Shown here: positions 8,431-17,541 of the stretch, piece by piece
How positions within the stretch are numbered: the first letter of the stretch is position 1
How the letters are laid out: each line of letters starts with the position of its first letter
Assembly: GCA_902618385.1 (NCBI GenBank)
Contig: CACNAF010000001.1
Span: forward strand, 40,207-104,206
Origin: an uncultured Alphaproteobacteria bacterium
GTDB taxonomy: Bacteria; Pseudomonadota; Alphaproteobacteria; HIMB59; GCA-002718135
Direction of reading: 5' to 3'
Length of the DNA: 64,000 bases
Notes under the pieces: generated by a model
Database searches by the model: none
What the model saw: only the letters and a program-made list of their open reading frames with translations
Told to the model about the DNA's origin: nothing
Program-made: the position numbers and the translations under genes

Positions 8431-9150
8431 ATGAAAATTAATAAAAAAAGTTTTGAGGAAAATGGCTATCTGGTGCTGCCTGATATTGTATCAAAATCTA
8501 CATTATCTAAGCTAAACAAAAATGCTGATCAAATGATAAGTGATTTTAAAAAAGGTATTAATAGAAAACAATCAAATAATACTAGAAAAAAGCATGGTGA
8601 TATCAGTAAAAATGGAAAAATTTTTTTTGGTAATCAGTGCGAATATTATTCACATATAAATGCATACGCAAAGGGAAAGTTTGTAAAAAATATAGTTTCA
8701 AAAATATTGGGCAAAAAAATTTTTTTATTTAATGAACAACTGGTAAATAAAAATCCCAACACACCTAGTTCATTTAGTTGGCATCAAGATTCTGGTTATA
8801 TTCATTTCAAACATAAACCATATATATCTGTTTGGCTTGCCTTAACTGATACAAATGAAAAAAATGGAGCTTTAAGTATTATTCCTACAAATTTAAAAAA
8901 AACTAAACATGCAAAACTACATAGATGGCAAAAAAAATCAAAAGATTTAGGTATCAAAGTTAATGAAAAAAAAGCTGTTCAGCTTTGTGTTAGCGCTGGA
9001 ACATTAATAATATTCTCAAGTTTAACTCCTCATTCATCTAGTGCTAATGTTACGAAAAAAAATCGCAAAGCATATTTATCTCAATACTCTTCTGAAAATA
9101 TTATTGATCCTTTCAATGGCATTCAAAGAGGAAGAGCATATTTGATGTAA
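8431..9150 (+). CDS. Phytanoyl-CoA dioxygenase (PhyH) family Fe(II)/2-oxoglutarate oxygenase
   Basis: N-terminal FEENGYLVLPDIVS, HxD motif in WHQDSGY, distal His in LTPHSS. The ORF track starts at TTG 8395; the first ATG is at 8431. Confidence 0.75.
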   Translation: MKINKKSFEENGYLVLPDIVSKSTLSKLNKNADQMISDFKKGINRKQSNNTRKKHGDISKNGKIFFGNQCEYYSHINAYAKGKFVKNIVSKILGKKIFLFNEQLVNKNPNTPSSFSWHQDSGYIHFKHKPYISVWLALTDTNEKNGALSIIPTNLKKTKHAKLHRWQKKSKDLGIKVNEKKAVQLCVSAGTLIIFSSLTPHSSSANVTKKNRKAYLSQYSSENIIDPFNGIQRGRAYLM

Positions 9151-9152
9151 AT

Positions 9153-9977
9153 ATGAAAAAAATTTATAACTTTGCAGGTAATCTTAGTTATAGAAACTAT
9201 ACAATCAAAGATCTTTTTGAATGTAAGGGTAAAAGAAAACTTTCACAAATAAATGTAAAAAATGAAGAGGAAACTAATATTGCTCTTGATGCGAAAGTTG
9301 ATTTATTAATTACAGGTCTTGCTGCAATTAAAAAAGTGAGATCAATTGCGAAAAATAATTTTATAACGGTCGCCATACCTTTCACTGAGTTTAAAACGAA
9401 TGATGAAATTTTAAAGGCATCTTTAGAAGCTCTAGATAATGGTGCTGATGCAATCTACACTGCAAGATCACCAAGAGTAGTTGAGTATTTGGCAAAAGAG
9501 TCAATTCCAGTAATGGCTCATTTAGGCTTGGTGCCAAGAAAATCAATTTGGATTGGTGGACTGAGAGGAGTAGGAAAAACTGCATCGGAGGCTTTAAAAT
9601 TATTTCAAGAATTTAAAACGATGGAAAGTGCTGGGGCATTTGCTGTTGAAGCAGAAGTGATAGCAGATCAAACTCTAAAATTTATTTCTGAAAACGTGAA
9701 TTTAATAACAGTATCTTTAGGATCGGGAAACCACGGTGATGTAAATTATTTGTTTATGGATGATATTTGTGGTGAGAATGAAGAAATACCAAGACACGCT
9801 TTTAGTTTGACAAAAATTTATAAATTAAGAGAAAAAATTTACAGAGAAAAAGTTAAAGCTGTGCATAAATTTAATAAAAAAGCCAAAACGACTAAATTTG
9901 TCACATCTCGAAATATAGTAAAAATAAATAATAGTGAGCTTCAAAAATTTAAAAAAAAGGCTAATTTACTTTATTAA
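9153..9977 (+). CDS. PanB-like (ketopantoate hydroxymethyltransferase fold) protein, probably non-canonical
   Basis: The C-terminal half matches PanB (MAHLGLVPRKSIWIGGLRGVGKT; ITVSLGSGNHGDVNYLFMDD). The expected GDS, DLPF and KIEGG motifs of the N-terminal half are not recognisable. Confidence 0.5.
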   Translation: MKKIYNFAGNLSYRNYTIKDLFECKGKRKLSQINVKNEEETNIALDAKVDLLITGLAAIKKVRSIAKNNFITVAIPFTEFKTNDEILKASLEALDNGADAIYTARSPRVVEYLAKESIPVMAHLGLVPRKSIWIGGLRGVGKTASEALKLFQEFKTMESAGAFAVEAEVIADQTLKFISENVNLITVSLGSGNHGDVNYLFMDDICGENEEIPRHAFSLTKIYKLREKIYREKVKAVHKFNKKAKTTKFVTSRNIVKINNSELQKFKKKANLLY

Positions 9978-10058
9978 TTTAATTCAATATCCTTAAAAAT
10001 TAGTATTTTAATTTAGTATTTTTTGTGATTAATTTTTCTTATTTTAGGAGGGTTAAGT

Positions 10059-11399
10059 ATGAAAAAAATACTATTTACTTTTATTTCTTCTATTTTGTTA
10101 TTTTCTAATTCAGTTTTCAGTATGACATTATGGACTACTGAAACACAGCCTGGAAGAATGCAAATTCAAGAAGAATTAATCGCAAGATTTACAGCAAAGA
10201 CTGGAATTGAAGTTAAATTAGTTCCTCAGGAAGAAGACGAATTAATTGAAAAAGCTTCTGCTGCTTTTGCTGCTAACAGTTTACCTGATGTAATTTTTAA
10301 TGCTGCATGCGTTAATTTTTGTGCTTGGGCTTATGATGAAGGAGTATTCGATTCAGATGCTGCAACAGAAATTGTTAATTCATTAGGAATTGATACATAT
10401 AGTGCAAAAGGTGTATTAGCTATGTCAGAGGTTGAGCCAGGAGTATATGCTTCTGTACCTTCAGGTGCATGGCCAAATGCTACTTACTATCGTATGAGCT
10501 ATTACAATGATAATGGTTTAGCTACACCAACTAATTATGCAAATATTTTAGCTGGTGCTAAAGCTCTTCATAATCCGCCAAATCGTTATGGGGCAATTGT
10601 TCCTACTGATGTTGCAGCTGGTTTTATGAGTCAATGGATGGAAACTTTTGCTATTGCTAATGGATTACACCCAGTAAAAGAAGATGGATCAATTAACTTT
10701 GATAAGAAAAAAACTATCGAAATGTTAGAAACTTATAAAGCTTTAGTTGAAATGTCACCTGAAGGTATTCATCACTGGCAAAATGGAAGAGACTTTTACG
10801 CAAGTGATGTTGTTCCATTAACTTTTTGGGCTTCTTATCTTTTAGATGATATTGCAGGTACAAGAGACAATGTTCCAATTATGGTAGATGACAATCCACA
10901 ATCTCTAGCATTAGCACAAGATACTAATGTTATAGTAGGTATGGCTGGTCCTTCTAATCCAGATGGTGGAACATGGGTTGAAGTTCACAACTTTGGTGTA
11001 ACTGTTGATGCTAATACTGATGAAGCAGCAGCATTCATTGAATATGTTATGAACGAAGAGTATGTTACTTGGTTAGGAATGGCTCCTGAAGGTAGTTTCC
11101 CTATTAGACCAGGACCAAATGCTGGTTCAAAAATTTTTATTGAAGAATGGGGTAATTTGCCAATTGGAGTAGATAGAAAAATTCCAATAAACCAAATCTA
11201 TTCAGAAGAAATTATTGAATCGCTTATTAATGGATTAGCTGTTGGTACAAGATGGGGGGCTAAAGAAGGCCAACTTCCTGTTGCAGCTAAGTTAGTAAAT
11301 AGTGGATTAATGAATAGGCTGATGATGGAATACATCAATGGCGATCGTTCTGCGGAAGATACTGTTGATATGCTAAATTCAGAAGCAGCAAAACTGTAA
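10059..11399 (+). CDS. Periplasmic solute-binding protein (CUT1 sugar type)
   Basis: 446 aa with a signal peptide. GGAGG SD is 6 nt upstream. Family-1 SBP-like composition. Followed by two permease genes. Confidence 0.85.
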   Translation: MKKILFTFISSILLFSNSVFSMTLWTTETQPGRMQIQEELIARFTAKTGIEVKLVPQEEDELIEKASAAFAANSLPDVIFNAACVNFCAWAYDEGVFDSDAATEIVNSLGIDTYSAKGVLAMSEVEPGVYASVPSGAWPNATYYRMSYYNDNGLATPTNYANILAGAKALHNPPNRYGAIVPTDVAAGFMSQWMETFAIANGLHPVKEDGSINFDKKKTIEMLETYKALVEMSPEGIHHWQNGRDFYASDVVPLTFWASYLLDDIAGTRDNVPIMVDDNPQSLALAQDTNVIVGMAGPSNPDGGTWVEVHNFGVTVDANTDEAAAFIEYVMNEEYVTWLGMAPEGSFPIRPGPNAGSKIFIEEWGNLPIGVDRKIPINQIYSEEIIESLINGLAVGTRWGAKEGQLPVAAKLVNSGLMNRLMMEYINGDRSAEDTVDMLNSEAAKL

Positions 11400-11418
11400 T
11401 TCGTATTAATTAATCTTA

Positions 11419-12693
11419 ATGGGCTCCAGTTCTTATAAAAAAAGAATGGGGCCCATTGAAAAACAAGGGGTAGTACAAGCTTATACAATGCTTGTCCCAA
11501 CAGTGGCCATTGTTATGGCTATTGTTTTATTTCCACTTATTGCCAATTTTTGGATAAGCTTTAAGGATGTTACTGTATCTGATTTAAGAATAGCTGAAAT
11601 AAAAGTAACTGAAAAATTTCAAAAAAAACCAAAAACAAAAGGAGATATTTCTAAAGTAGAGTATCGGTTTAATAATTTTTCAAAAAGTTCAAATATAAAA
11701 AATGTAAACTTCAAAGATATGATACCTAAAGGTTTGTTAATTAAAGAATTACCTGATAACTGTTCTATCTCAGATAATTTAATAAATTGTGAATTAGGTG
11801 ATTTTAAACCAAAAGAAAAAAAGAAACTAAAATTTGAAACAATCGCAGATAATGACTATTTTATTAATCAGGAAAATCCAAAAGACACCTCACCAATAGT
11901 TAAAGGAAAATCAGAAAATAGATTATTAAACTTTGAATTAAAATCAAAAAATTTTGAAGAAATATTTACTTCCCCAAATTTTTGGAAAACAATTAGAATA
12001 AGTTTTGCGTATTCTTTATTTTCAGCAATTGGATCGTTAACACTTGGTATTTTAGCAGCACAACTATTAATGACTACTTTTATTGGCAGAGGTATAATAC
12101 GTGGTATTTTTTTATTTCCATATATTGCACCTATCATAGCCGTTACCATTACCTGGAAAATTTTAACTGATCCTTTTTTTGGAACAATTAATGGAATTCT
12201 TACACAGTTACAAATTTTAAATGAACCTATTAGTTTCTTGCAAGTAAGAGATATGACAATTAATTTCATAGGTTTTGAATTTAGTTTCCCAGTTGCTTTA
12301 TCATTTGTTATTTTATTTGAGTCTTGGAGATATTTTCCCTTAGCGATGATTTTTATCTTAGCAAGATTACAATCTGTTCCTAAAGAACTTTTTGAAGCTG
12401 CTGAAATTGATGGTGCCACACCTTTGCAAAAATTTAGAAGTATTACATGGCCCTTAATTCTAGGAGTGTTATTTGTTTTGTTTCTTCTTAGATTTATTTG
12501 GACATTTAATAAATTTGATGACATTTTTCTATTAACTGGCGGTGCCGCTGGTACTAAAACTTTAACTGTAGATGTTTATGAAACAGGTTTTAATATTGGT
12601 AATTTAGGAACTGGAGCGGCAAATGCAGTATTAGTTTTCTTAATTTTAGTTTTCGCTGCAATATTTATAATAAGATTTTCACCGAAAGAATAA
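11419..12693 (+). CDS. CUT1 ABC permease (MalF-like) with a ~140-aa insertion after TM1
   Basis: 424 aa, EAA-loop FEAAEIDGATPLQKFRSITWPL. Residues ~50-190 are a hydrophilic Lys/Asn-rich insertion absent from the ~290-aa paralogs in this window. Confidence 0.85.
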   Translation: MGSSSYKKRMGPIEKQGVVQAYTMLVPTVAIVMAIVLFPLIANFWISFKDVTVSDLRIAEIKVTEKFQKKPKTKGDISKVEYRFNNFSKSSNIKNVNFKDMIPKGLLIKELPDNCSISDNLINCELGDFKPKEKKKLKFETIADNDYFINQENPKDTSPIVKGKSENRLLNFELKSKNFEEIFTSPNFWKTIRISFAYSLFSAIGSLTLGILAAQLLMTTFIGRGIIRGIFLFPYIAPIIAVTITWKILTDPFFGTINGILTQLQILNEPISFLQVRDMTINFIGFEFSFPVALSFVILFESWRYFPLAMIFILARLQSVPKELFEAAEIDGATPLQKFRSITWPLILGVLFVLFLLRFIWTFNKFDDIFLLTGGAAGTKTLTVDVYETGFNIGNLGTGAANAVLVFLILVFAAIFIIRFSPKE

Positions 12694-12695
12694 GA

Positions 12696-13916
12696 ATGAG
12701 CAATAGTCAAAAAATTTTAATTTCTTTAATAATTAGTTCATTTTGGGGGTTAATCAGTAATATCGTTTTAGGAGTATTTTTTATTCTTCTTATTGGGAGT
12801 ACAATTCAATTTAATTATTTTTCTTACATTATTTCATCTTCAATAATCACATTATTGATTGTTTTTTATGATAGAAAAAGCCTACAAATTTATATTAGTT
12901 TATTTATTTTAACTTTTATATTGATCTTAATTTTTACAGGCCTTTCTCCTTATGGTTTAAATATAAATGAAAATAGTTTTTTGCAGATATTATTTTTATT
13001 AATCCAATCATTTATAATATTAATTGGCAATATTATTTGCCTCTCTGGAATCAATAAAATGTCTTTTAATAGATTATTTTTAGAAATTTTATTTCTTAGG
13101 GTTTTAAAAGGTTTTGGTTTTACTTTCTTTTTAACAATTGTGTTATTTCCATTTTATGTAATGATTTTGATGAGCTTAAAAACTCATCAGTTATTAATTC
13201 TTAATCCTCTTGATCTATCAATTGATATTACACGAGGATTAAATATGTTTAGAAGTTATATTGAGCTATTTACTGATTGGGGATTTGGTTATTACTTACT
13301 TAATTCATTAATAGTTTCTTTGTCTTCAATTTTTATTGCTTTAATTTTTGCAATACCGGGTGCTTATGCAGTTGCGAGATTTAATTTTCCAGGAAAATTA
13401 TTAATGATTAACTCAATATTATTAATTTATTTAATCCCTATGATTACTTTGTTAATTCCTTTGTATTCATTTTTTACATTTATAAATTTAAGAGATTCTT
13501 TATTTGGACTTATAATTGTTTATCCTGCAGTTACTATTCCCGTAGCAATTTATATGTTACAGGGATATTTTCAAACAATACCTCAAGAGCTGGAAGAAGC
13601 TGGTTTAGTTGATGGGTTATCAAGGACTGGGGTTATATTAAAAATTACTTTACCTTTATCACTTCCAGCAATAGCTTCAGTTTCTCTATTTATTTTTATG
13701 GTAGCATGGAATGAATATTTGTTTGCATATATGTTTTTAGATACTCCAGCTATATTTACACTCCCAAGAGGTTTAGAACAATTAGATGGAACAGAGGTGC
13801 CAAGACAGCATTTGATGGCTGGTTCAGTTATTGCAACCGTACCTGTAATAGCAGTTTTTTTATGGGCTGAAAGATACTTAACTGGAGGATTAACTGCAGG
13901 AGGAATTAAAGGATAG
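12696..13916 (+). CDS. CUT1 ABC permease (MalG-like) with a ~125-aa N-terminal multi-TM extension
   Basis: 406 aa. The canonical core starts near residue 130. EAA-loop LEEAGLVDGLSRTGVILKITLPL. The extension is an uninterrupted in-frame hydrophobic region. Confidence 0.8.
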   Translation: MSNSQKILISLIISSFWGLISNIVLGVFFILLIGSTIQFNYFSYIISSSIITLLIVFYDRKSLQIYISLFILTFILILIFTGLSPYGLNINENSFLQILFLLIQSFIILIGNIICLSGINKMSFNRLFLEILFLRVLKGFGFTFFLTIVLFPFYVMILMSLKTHQLLILNPLDLSIDITRGLNMFRSYIELFTDWGFGYYLLNSLIVSLSSIFIALIFAIPGAYAVARFNFPGKLLMINSILLIYLIPMITLLIPLYSFFTFINLRDSLFGLIIVYPAVTIPVAIYMLQGYFQTIPQELEEAGLVDGLSRTGVILKITLPLSLPAIASVSLFIFMVAWNEYLFAYMFLDTPAIFTLPRGLEQLDGTEVPRQHLMAGSVIATVPVIAVFLWAERYLTGGLTAGGIKG

Positions 13917-13919
13917 TAT

Positions 13920-14990
13920 TTAACTTAGATCTATCCATTCATTTTTTTCTGAACTTAAAAAACAACTATCTAAAATTTTTTGAATATCAGCACCTCTTTT
14001 GAAATCAGGTTGATCATTTTTACCAGAAATAATTGACGTTATAAATCTTTCATAGTTGGAGGGAGTAGGGTCAGTTTTTACAATTTCCCAATCCAAACTT
14101 TTTTCATTATTAGGAGAGGTGGAATTTATATCAGTGCAAATTGAGTAGTAATTTCCCTGAGTTATAGGATCATCAAATTTCATAGCTACTGCACCTTTGT
14201 CACAATATATGTTTAATTCTAATCTATTAACATTACCTGTTGCAAATCTAGTTGAATTTATTGTTCCTATGGCACCATTATCAAATTCTACCATTGAGAT
14301 AAAAGAGTCATTAGCATCTAAAACATATTCATCAATTTTTTCGCCCTTATCTTTAAAGGTTTTAAGTCGACAATTTATTTTTTTAATATTACCAACTGGA
14401 TACGATGCAAAATCAAATATATGAACACCAAGATCACCAAGAACTCCTTTACTGCCATGCTTTTCTGATAATCTCCATAACCATTTTTGTTCCTCTTTCC
14501 AATCACCCCAATACTTACATGTTAACCAAGATTGATAATAACTAGCATCAACATGTCTGACTTTACCTAATTCATTATTATGCAAAACTTTACTTAAGTT
14601 TTGCCAACCAGAGGAATTTCTGTAACTCAGGTTAACCATATTAATACAGTTTGTATTTGCTGATGCTTTGTACATTTCCTCTGCATCTGGATAGTTTTCA
14701 GCTAAAGGTTTTTCTGAAAAAATGTGCTTATTTTTATTTAAAGATTTTAACGCAATTTCTTTATGAAATGAATCAGGGGTTACATTGCTTATTGCATCAA
14801 GTTCACACTTATCAAGCATTTCATCAAAAGATGTGAACGTTTTATCAATATTATATTCTTTAGCAAAATTTAAGACTCTTTCTTCAATGACATCACAAAC
14901 TGCAACTATTTCTACATCTTTAATATTTTTGAATGCTGCAGCATGGGCATTGGCCATCCCTCCAGTACCAACAATTGCTAATTTAATCAT
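13920..14990 (-). CDS. Gfo/Idh/MocA-family NAD(P)-dependent oxidoreductase (ThuB-like)
   Basis: N-terminal Rossmann motif IKLAIVGTGGMANAH and EKPLA motif. Overlaps the upstream ThuA-like gene by 4 nt. Confidence 0.85.
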   Translation of the reverse strand: MIKLAIVGTGGMANAHAAAFKNIKDVEIVAVCDVIEERVLNFAKEYNIDKTFTSFDEMLDKCELDAISNVTPDSFHKEIALKSLNKNKHIFSEKPLAENYPDAEEMYKASANTNCINMVNLSYRNSSGWQNLSKVLHNNELGKVRHVDASYYQSWLTCKYWGDWKEEQKWLWRLSEKHGSKGVLGDLGVHIFDFASYPVGNIKKINCRLKTFKDKGEKIDEYVLDANDSFISMVEFDNGAIGTINSTRFATGNVNRLELNIYCDKGAVAMKFDDPITQGNYYSICTDINSTSPNNEKSLDWEIVKTDPTPSNYERFITSIISGKNDQPDFKRGADIQKILDSCFLSSEKNEWIDLS

Positions 14991-15772
14991 TTTTTATAAT
15001 TATGATCTACTTGATAGCCTTTTACTTCAATTGGTTGAACAGGATCTTTTCTTTCCATGTTATCAATACCTTTTGCTATTCTGTCTATCCACAAACCAGA
15101 TGTTTTTTCAGGACAAACCCAATGAATAGAATTTTTAATTACTCTTTGCACATCTTTATTATAATAAACAGGATAAGATTCATGTCCTGGTCTGAAATAA
15201 AATATTTTTCCATTTCCTCTTTTGTAACAAAGGCCAGATCTAAATACCTCTCCGCCTTCAAACCAACTCACAAAAACTGTTTCATCTGGGGCAGGGACCT
15301 GAAAAGGCTCTCCATACATTTCGGTCATCTCAATTTCAAAATATTCTCCTAGGCCCTCTGCAATAGGATGACCTGGGTTACAAACCCAAACTCTTTCCAT
15401 TTCACCTCTTTCAGCCCATCTTATATTTGCAGTTGTACCCATCATTCGTTTGAAAATTTTAGAATGATGTCCTGAATGTAAAACTAGAAGACCCATTCCT
15501 TCTAAAACTCTTTGCTGAACTCTATCGACAATTTTATCTTCAACCAACTTATGCGCTTTATGACCCCACCAAATTAACACATCCGTTTTATCTAATAATT
15601 CTTCACTTAAGCCATGATCCTCTTCTTCTAATGTTGCAGTTTTAATATTTAGACTTTTATCATCAGATAAAAATTCTTTAATACAACCGTGAATTCCCTT
15701 TGGGTAAATTGATTTTACATGTTCATCCTCTTGTTCATGAACAAATTCATTCCATATAACTACGTTTACCAT
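14987..15772 (-). CDS. ThuA-like (trehalose-utilisation, GATase1-like fold) protein
   Basis: 261 aa. The N-terminus VNVVIWNEFVHEQ and the overall pattern resemble the ThuA family. Paired with a Gfo/Idh/MocA oxidoreductase, as in thuAB. Confidence 0.7.
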   Translation of the reverse strand: MVNVVIWNEFVHEQEDEHVKSIYPKGIHGCIKEFLSDDKSLNIKTATLEEEDHGLSEELLDKTDVLIWWGHKAHKLVEDKIVDRVQQRVLEGMGLLVLHSGHHSKIFKRMMGTTANIRWAERGEMERVWVCNPGHPIAEGLGEYFEIEMTEMYGEPFQVPAPDETVFVSWFEGGEVFRSGLCYKRGNGKIFYFRPGHESYPVYYNKDVQRVIKNSIHWVCPEKTSGLWIDRIAKGIDNMERKDPVQPIEVKGYQVDHNYKK

Positions 15773-15774
15773 TG

Positions 15775-16749
15775 CTACCTTACTCTCCCTCCGTGGAATC
15801 TGTGACCAAGAATTGCGAGTATAATAATCAACCCATTAAAGAATTGTCTCCATACCCCACTCATTCCCATCGCCACAACTCCAACTTCCATATATGCAAT
15901 AACACCAACACCAAACACAGCTCCTACAATCGTTCCTACACCTCCCCATGTGGGAGTTCCACCAATAAAGACAGCAGCTAGAGCAAGTAATAAGTAGCCA
16001 AATCCTTGTGTTGGCCACCAGGTAAAATTAATTAAACAGGAAAAAATTCCTGCAAGTGCCGCACCTAAACCAACATACATAAACGCACTGATTCTTACCC
16101 AGTTAACATTAATTCCCATTTGTGCAGCTGAGTCTGGATTATCTCCAACATGATGAATATGGATTCCAAACACATGCTTCCTGTAAAGATAATAGGAAAA
16201 AATTGTAAACAACGCAGCCCAGTAAACTTGCATTGGAACCCCAAAAAGTTTCCCAACTAACACATCGTAGATCCAGTGATCAGAAATTTCCATAAAAGAA
16301 ATTGATTTACTATCACTAGCTACAAACAAAAATCCCCTTATAAAAAATAATGCTCCAAGAGAAGCAACCAAGGATGATAGGCGTCCGTAAACAACTAAAC
16401 ATCCCATAAGTATTCCAACTACTGCACCAGAGAGTATTCCTATAAGAATACATAATAATGGATCAAGTCCTGCTTTTAATAAAAGAGCAAAAATGTATGC
16501 TGACAATCCAAAAGTAGAGGCAAAGGACAAGTCTATTTCTCCTGCAGTAACTAAAAAAACAAGAGGGATAACCATAAACATAATTACTGGAAGCATTACA
16601 AAAACAGATTGATGTAAATTTGGTCTCATCATTACTTCTGGAGCACCAATTAGAAAAACCAACATTAAAATTATAAAGTAACCTAAGCTTCCTAATGCTC
16701 TTCCATTTTTTCCAATTAAATTTTTAAATGTATTTTCTTTGGTACTCAT
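15775..16749 (-). CDS. CUT2 (ribose/fructose-type) ABC permease
   Basis: 324 aa with about 9-10 hydrophobic segments. Branched-chain/ribose-type permease-like (RbsC/FrcC). Confidence 0.85.
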   Translation of the reverse strand: MSTKENTFKNLIGKNGRALGSLGYFIILMLVFLIGAPEVMMRPNLHQSVFVMLPVIMFMVIPLVFLVTAGEIDLSFASTFGLSAYIFALLLKAGLDPLLCILIGILSGAVVGILMGCLVVYGRLSSLVASLGALFFIRGFLFVASDSKSISFMEISDHWIYDVLVGKLFGVPMQVYWAALFTIFSYYLYRKHVFGIHIHHVGDNPDSAAQMGINVNWVRISAFMYVGLGAALAGIFSCLINFTWWPTQGFGYLLLALAAVFIGGTPTWGGVGTIVGAVFGVGVIAYMEVGVVAMGMSGVWRQFFNGLIIILAILGHRFHGGRVR

Positions 16750-17495
16750 TAATGTTTACTCACTGCATCTTTCATAACTTTCATAAGTGCTTCAGGCCCT
16801 TCAATATCATTTTTATTCAATTGATGAACAACTTCACCTCTGTCTAAAACAATAAATCTATCAGAGATATCATAAACATGATAAATATTATGACCAATAA
16901 ATAAAACTGATCTTCCAGATTTTTTAACATTATCTACAAAATCAAAAACTTTTTGAGTTTCAATAAGTGAAAGGGCTGTTGTTGGCTCATCTAATACAAT
17001 TAACTCTGCATTATTATAAATTGCTCGTGCTATTGCTACTCCTTGTCTTTCACCACCTGATAAATTACCAACAGGTGATTCAGCATCAATCAGTTTAGAA
17101 GTAAAACCAATTTCTCTAATTAATTTGTTTGCTTCTCTTACTTGTTCTTTTTCTCTTATAAAACCAAATCTATGTTTTAATTCTTTTCCCATAAAAATAT
17201 TCCACACTATCGATTGCTGTGGACATAAAGCTCTGTCTTGAAAAACAGTTTCTATTCCAGCCTCTCTAGCTTTTGAGGCATTCCAATTTTTAACTTCATT
17301 TCCTCTAATTATAATTTGACCATCATCGGGAGCATGAACACCAACTAACGTTTTAATTAAGGTAGATTTACCAGCTCCATTATCTCCAATTAGCCCAACA
17401 ACTTCTCCAACATCAACTTTTATTGATGCTTTTTTTAAAGCTGTGATTCCGCCAAAACTTTTGGAAACATTTTTAAGTTCTATTATTGCGCTCAT
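16749..17495 (-). CDS. ABC transporter ATP-binding protein, single-NBD (FrcA-like)
   Basis: Walker A GDNGAGKST, signature LSGGERQGVAIARA, Walker B LIVLDEPTTAL. At 248 aa it is one NBD, not the fused double NBD of RbsA. Confidence 0.9.
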   Translation of the reverse strand: MSAIIELKNVSKSFGGITALKKASIKVDVGEVVGLIGDNGAGKSTLIKTLVGVHAPDDGQIIIRGNEVKNWNASKAREAGIETVFQDRALCPQQSIVWNIFMGKELKHRFGFIREKEQVREANKLIREIGFTSKLIDAESPVGNLSGGERQGVAIARAIYNNAELIVLDEPTTALSLIETQKVFDFVDNVKKSGRSVLFIGHNIYHVYDISDRFIVLDRGEVVHQLNKNDIEGPEALMKVMKDAVSKH

Positions 17496-17501
17496 ATATG
17501 T

Positions 17502-17528
17502 AGCTGATCCACTTACAGTAGATCAGCT
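17502..17528 (-). promoter_or_regulatory. Intercistronic hairpin between the binding-protein and ATPase genes
   Basis: AGCTGATC...GATCAGCT inverted repeat, extendable to 11 bp with one mismatch. Confidence 0.45.
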
Positions 17529-17541
17529 CTGTTTGATATAT

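Noticed and set aside
11868-12524. 218-aa minus-strand ORF inside the MalF-like permease gene
   Set aside because: It is antisense to a gene with clear ABC-permease motifs (EAA loop, TM pattern). Its Lys/Ile/Asn-rich low-complexity sequence has no recognisable motif and no SD. This is a typical shadow ORF.
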